Shown here one piece after another: positions 49,909 through 64,000 of a DNA stretch of 64,000 nucleotides (position 1 is the first letter of the stretch; each line of letters opens with the position of its first letter). The stretch covers positions 124,001-188,000 of the forward strand of contig NIVC01001524.1 in NCBI GenBank assembly GCA_002269645.1, in the 5' to 3' direction. The DNA comes from Macrostomum lignano (taxonomy: Eukaryota). The notes under the pieces were generated by a model, which was given only the letters and a program-made list of their open reading frames with translations, was not told the origin of the DNA and ran no database searches. Both the position numbers and the translations under genes were made by a program.

Positions 49909-50054
49909 ACTGTATTTCAATCAATTTACTATTTTATTGTGGCGGACTAACTATTTGACAAAGAAAACTGCAAATACTTTGCATACTACTGAGAGTATGT
50001 CCAGTTTAAAATGTTACTGCTTTTAATATAGGCAGGCGCTTAAGTTATGATCTC

Positions 50055-50870
50055 TCCTAGATCCCCAGTAGTGTCCTAATAACTAGAATCTCCCAGATCC
50101 CCAATGTCCCATTTGGCTTTAGAATCTCCCAGATCCCCAATGTCCCATTTGACTTTAGAATCTCCCAGATCCCCAATGTCCCATTTGGCTGTAGAATCTC
50201 CCAGATCCCCAATGTCCCATTGGCTATAGAATCTCCCAGATCCCCAATGTCCCATTGGCTGTAGAATCTCCCAGATCCCCAATGTCCCATTGGCTATAGA
50301 ATCTCCCAGATCCCCAAATGTGCCATTGGCTATAGAATCTCCCAGATCCCCAATGTCCCATTTGGCTTTAGAATCTCCCAGATCCCCAATGTCCCATTTG
50401 GCTATAGAATCTCCCAGATCCCCAATGTCCCATTTGGCTTTAGAATCTCCCAGATCCCCAATGTCCCATTTGGCTTTAGAATCTCCCAGATTCCCAAATG
50501 TGCCATTGGCTATAGAATCTCCCAGATCCCCAATGTCCCATTGGCTGTGGAATCTCCCATATTCACAAATTTGCCATTGGCTGTTGAATCTCCCAGATCC
50601 CCAAATGTGCCATTGGCTATAGAATCTCCCAGATCCCCAATGTCCCATTTGGCTTTAGAATCTCCCAGATCCCAAATGTCTCATTTGGCTATAGAATCTC
50701 CCAGATCCCCAAATGTGCCATTGGCTATAGAATCTCCCAGATCCCCAATGTCCCATTTGGCTTTAGAATCTCCCAGATTCCCAAATGTGCCATTGGCTAT
50801 AGAATCTCCCAGATCCCCAATGTCCTATTTGGCTTTAGAATGTCCTACCAATAGTTACAATCTCACAGAT
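50055..50870. repeat. ~36-bp minisatellite AGAATCTCCCAGATCCCCAATGTCCCATTTGGCTTT
   Basis: About 22 units of the same family as the TCTP intron-2 array. It lies between two convergent 3' ends. Confidence 0.97.
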
Positions 50871-51744
50871 CCCAAATCGCTTGTTCAGATCTCAGAATTA
50901 TTTATTTTGGTGTAGTTAAAATTATGAAATGACAATGTAATATTAGCGCAAACACAATTTTCGAAACAATCGATATATTATAAAATCTAGCTACAGAACA
51001 AGTGTATTTAATATTTTCAAGGCTTAGAAGATGATGACGTTGAAATTTATGAACGTTATAGGTATGGAACAACATTGTATGAAGATGTTATAGCTTAAAT
51101 ATTTCATATTAAACAAATGATATTTTAAGGGAAAAAAACTAGGCATGTGCCTACCTACTGCTTGAGTACAGTAGTATAACTAGGTAAGTGTTTAATTTAG
51201 TGCGGTTATGCAAGTATAACGAATGAAAATGCGAATGATTATACGATTTTAAAAATTGCAACTTTAGAGGTTCTGTACGACTAGTTGAGATTGACTGCAC
51301 ATTTAGCTAGAGGCTGGTTCTTGCTGCAAAATGACTTGGCGAGATTTTCAACTGAGTTCACCTCTTTAATTACCATCTAGATTAAGAGTTTGCTCTATCC
51401 GACTTTCGGGTTCCTTTGAAACTTTACGATGGTTTGCTGAAGGTCTCTCCCCTTCTCTCTCTACCCTTCTATTTCTGCACAGTCTGAATAAGATTTTGCT
51501 ACAGACTAATTTTATCGAAAAATGAAAATTGCTGATGCATTTTTGCAGCTTTAACCGCATTTTTGCGAGTGTGCAGCGTCGTGTATAGTATCTATGTGCA
51601 GCGCATGTATATGTGGCAGAGCCTATAATGTAAGAGGAGGGTTTAGAGTGAGATATCATAGCTAGCTATGCTATAACATGTCTTTTGTATTGTTAGGAAT
51701 AGAAATCTTAATGCTGATTTATAGGTATTATATAAACGGAAATC

Positions 51745-64000
<12,256 letters not shown>

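Overview
This is gene-dense animal (invertebrate) genomic DNA with spliceosomal GT-AG introns, not prokaryotic. The style (GC-rich exons, Q-rich proteins, minisatellite-stuffed introns) suggests a free-living flatworm such as Macrostomum, but that is inference only. By hand-splicing I find six intact-looking genes and one pseudogene: the 3' part of choline acetyltransferase (CHAT, +), a rhodopsin-type GPCR pseudogene (+), a C3orf38/DUF4518 homolog (-), a very divergent MTBP/Sld7 homolog (-, start codon unresolved), prolylcarboxypeptidase (PRCP, -), TCTP/TPT1 (+) and the 3' part of a calcium-channel alpha2delta subunit (-). Almost every long intron carries its own tandem array, and most long ORFs in the supplied track are artefacts of these arrays. 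Mobile elements: a full-length RNase H-bearing I-group (LOA/R1-like) LINE with a TAATG stop-start overlap and a 14-bp TSD; a 5'-inverted RTE LINE; a decayed Merlin transposon inside a palindromic element whose empty twin lies nearby; mariner-, hAT- and MULE-type MITEs (one triple nest); and a tRNA-derived CORE-like SINE. I found no CRISPR, rRNA or true tRNA. I see no single clearly new biological system. The best leads are the TE architectures, the CpG-decay signature, the intron-array organisation and the MTBP/operon-like block. Family assignments rest on motifs recalled from memory; no database search was run.
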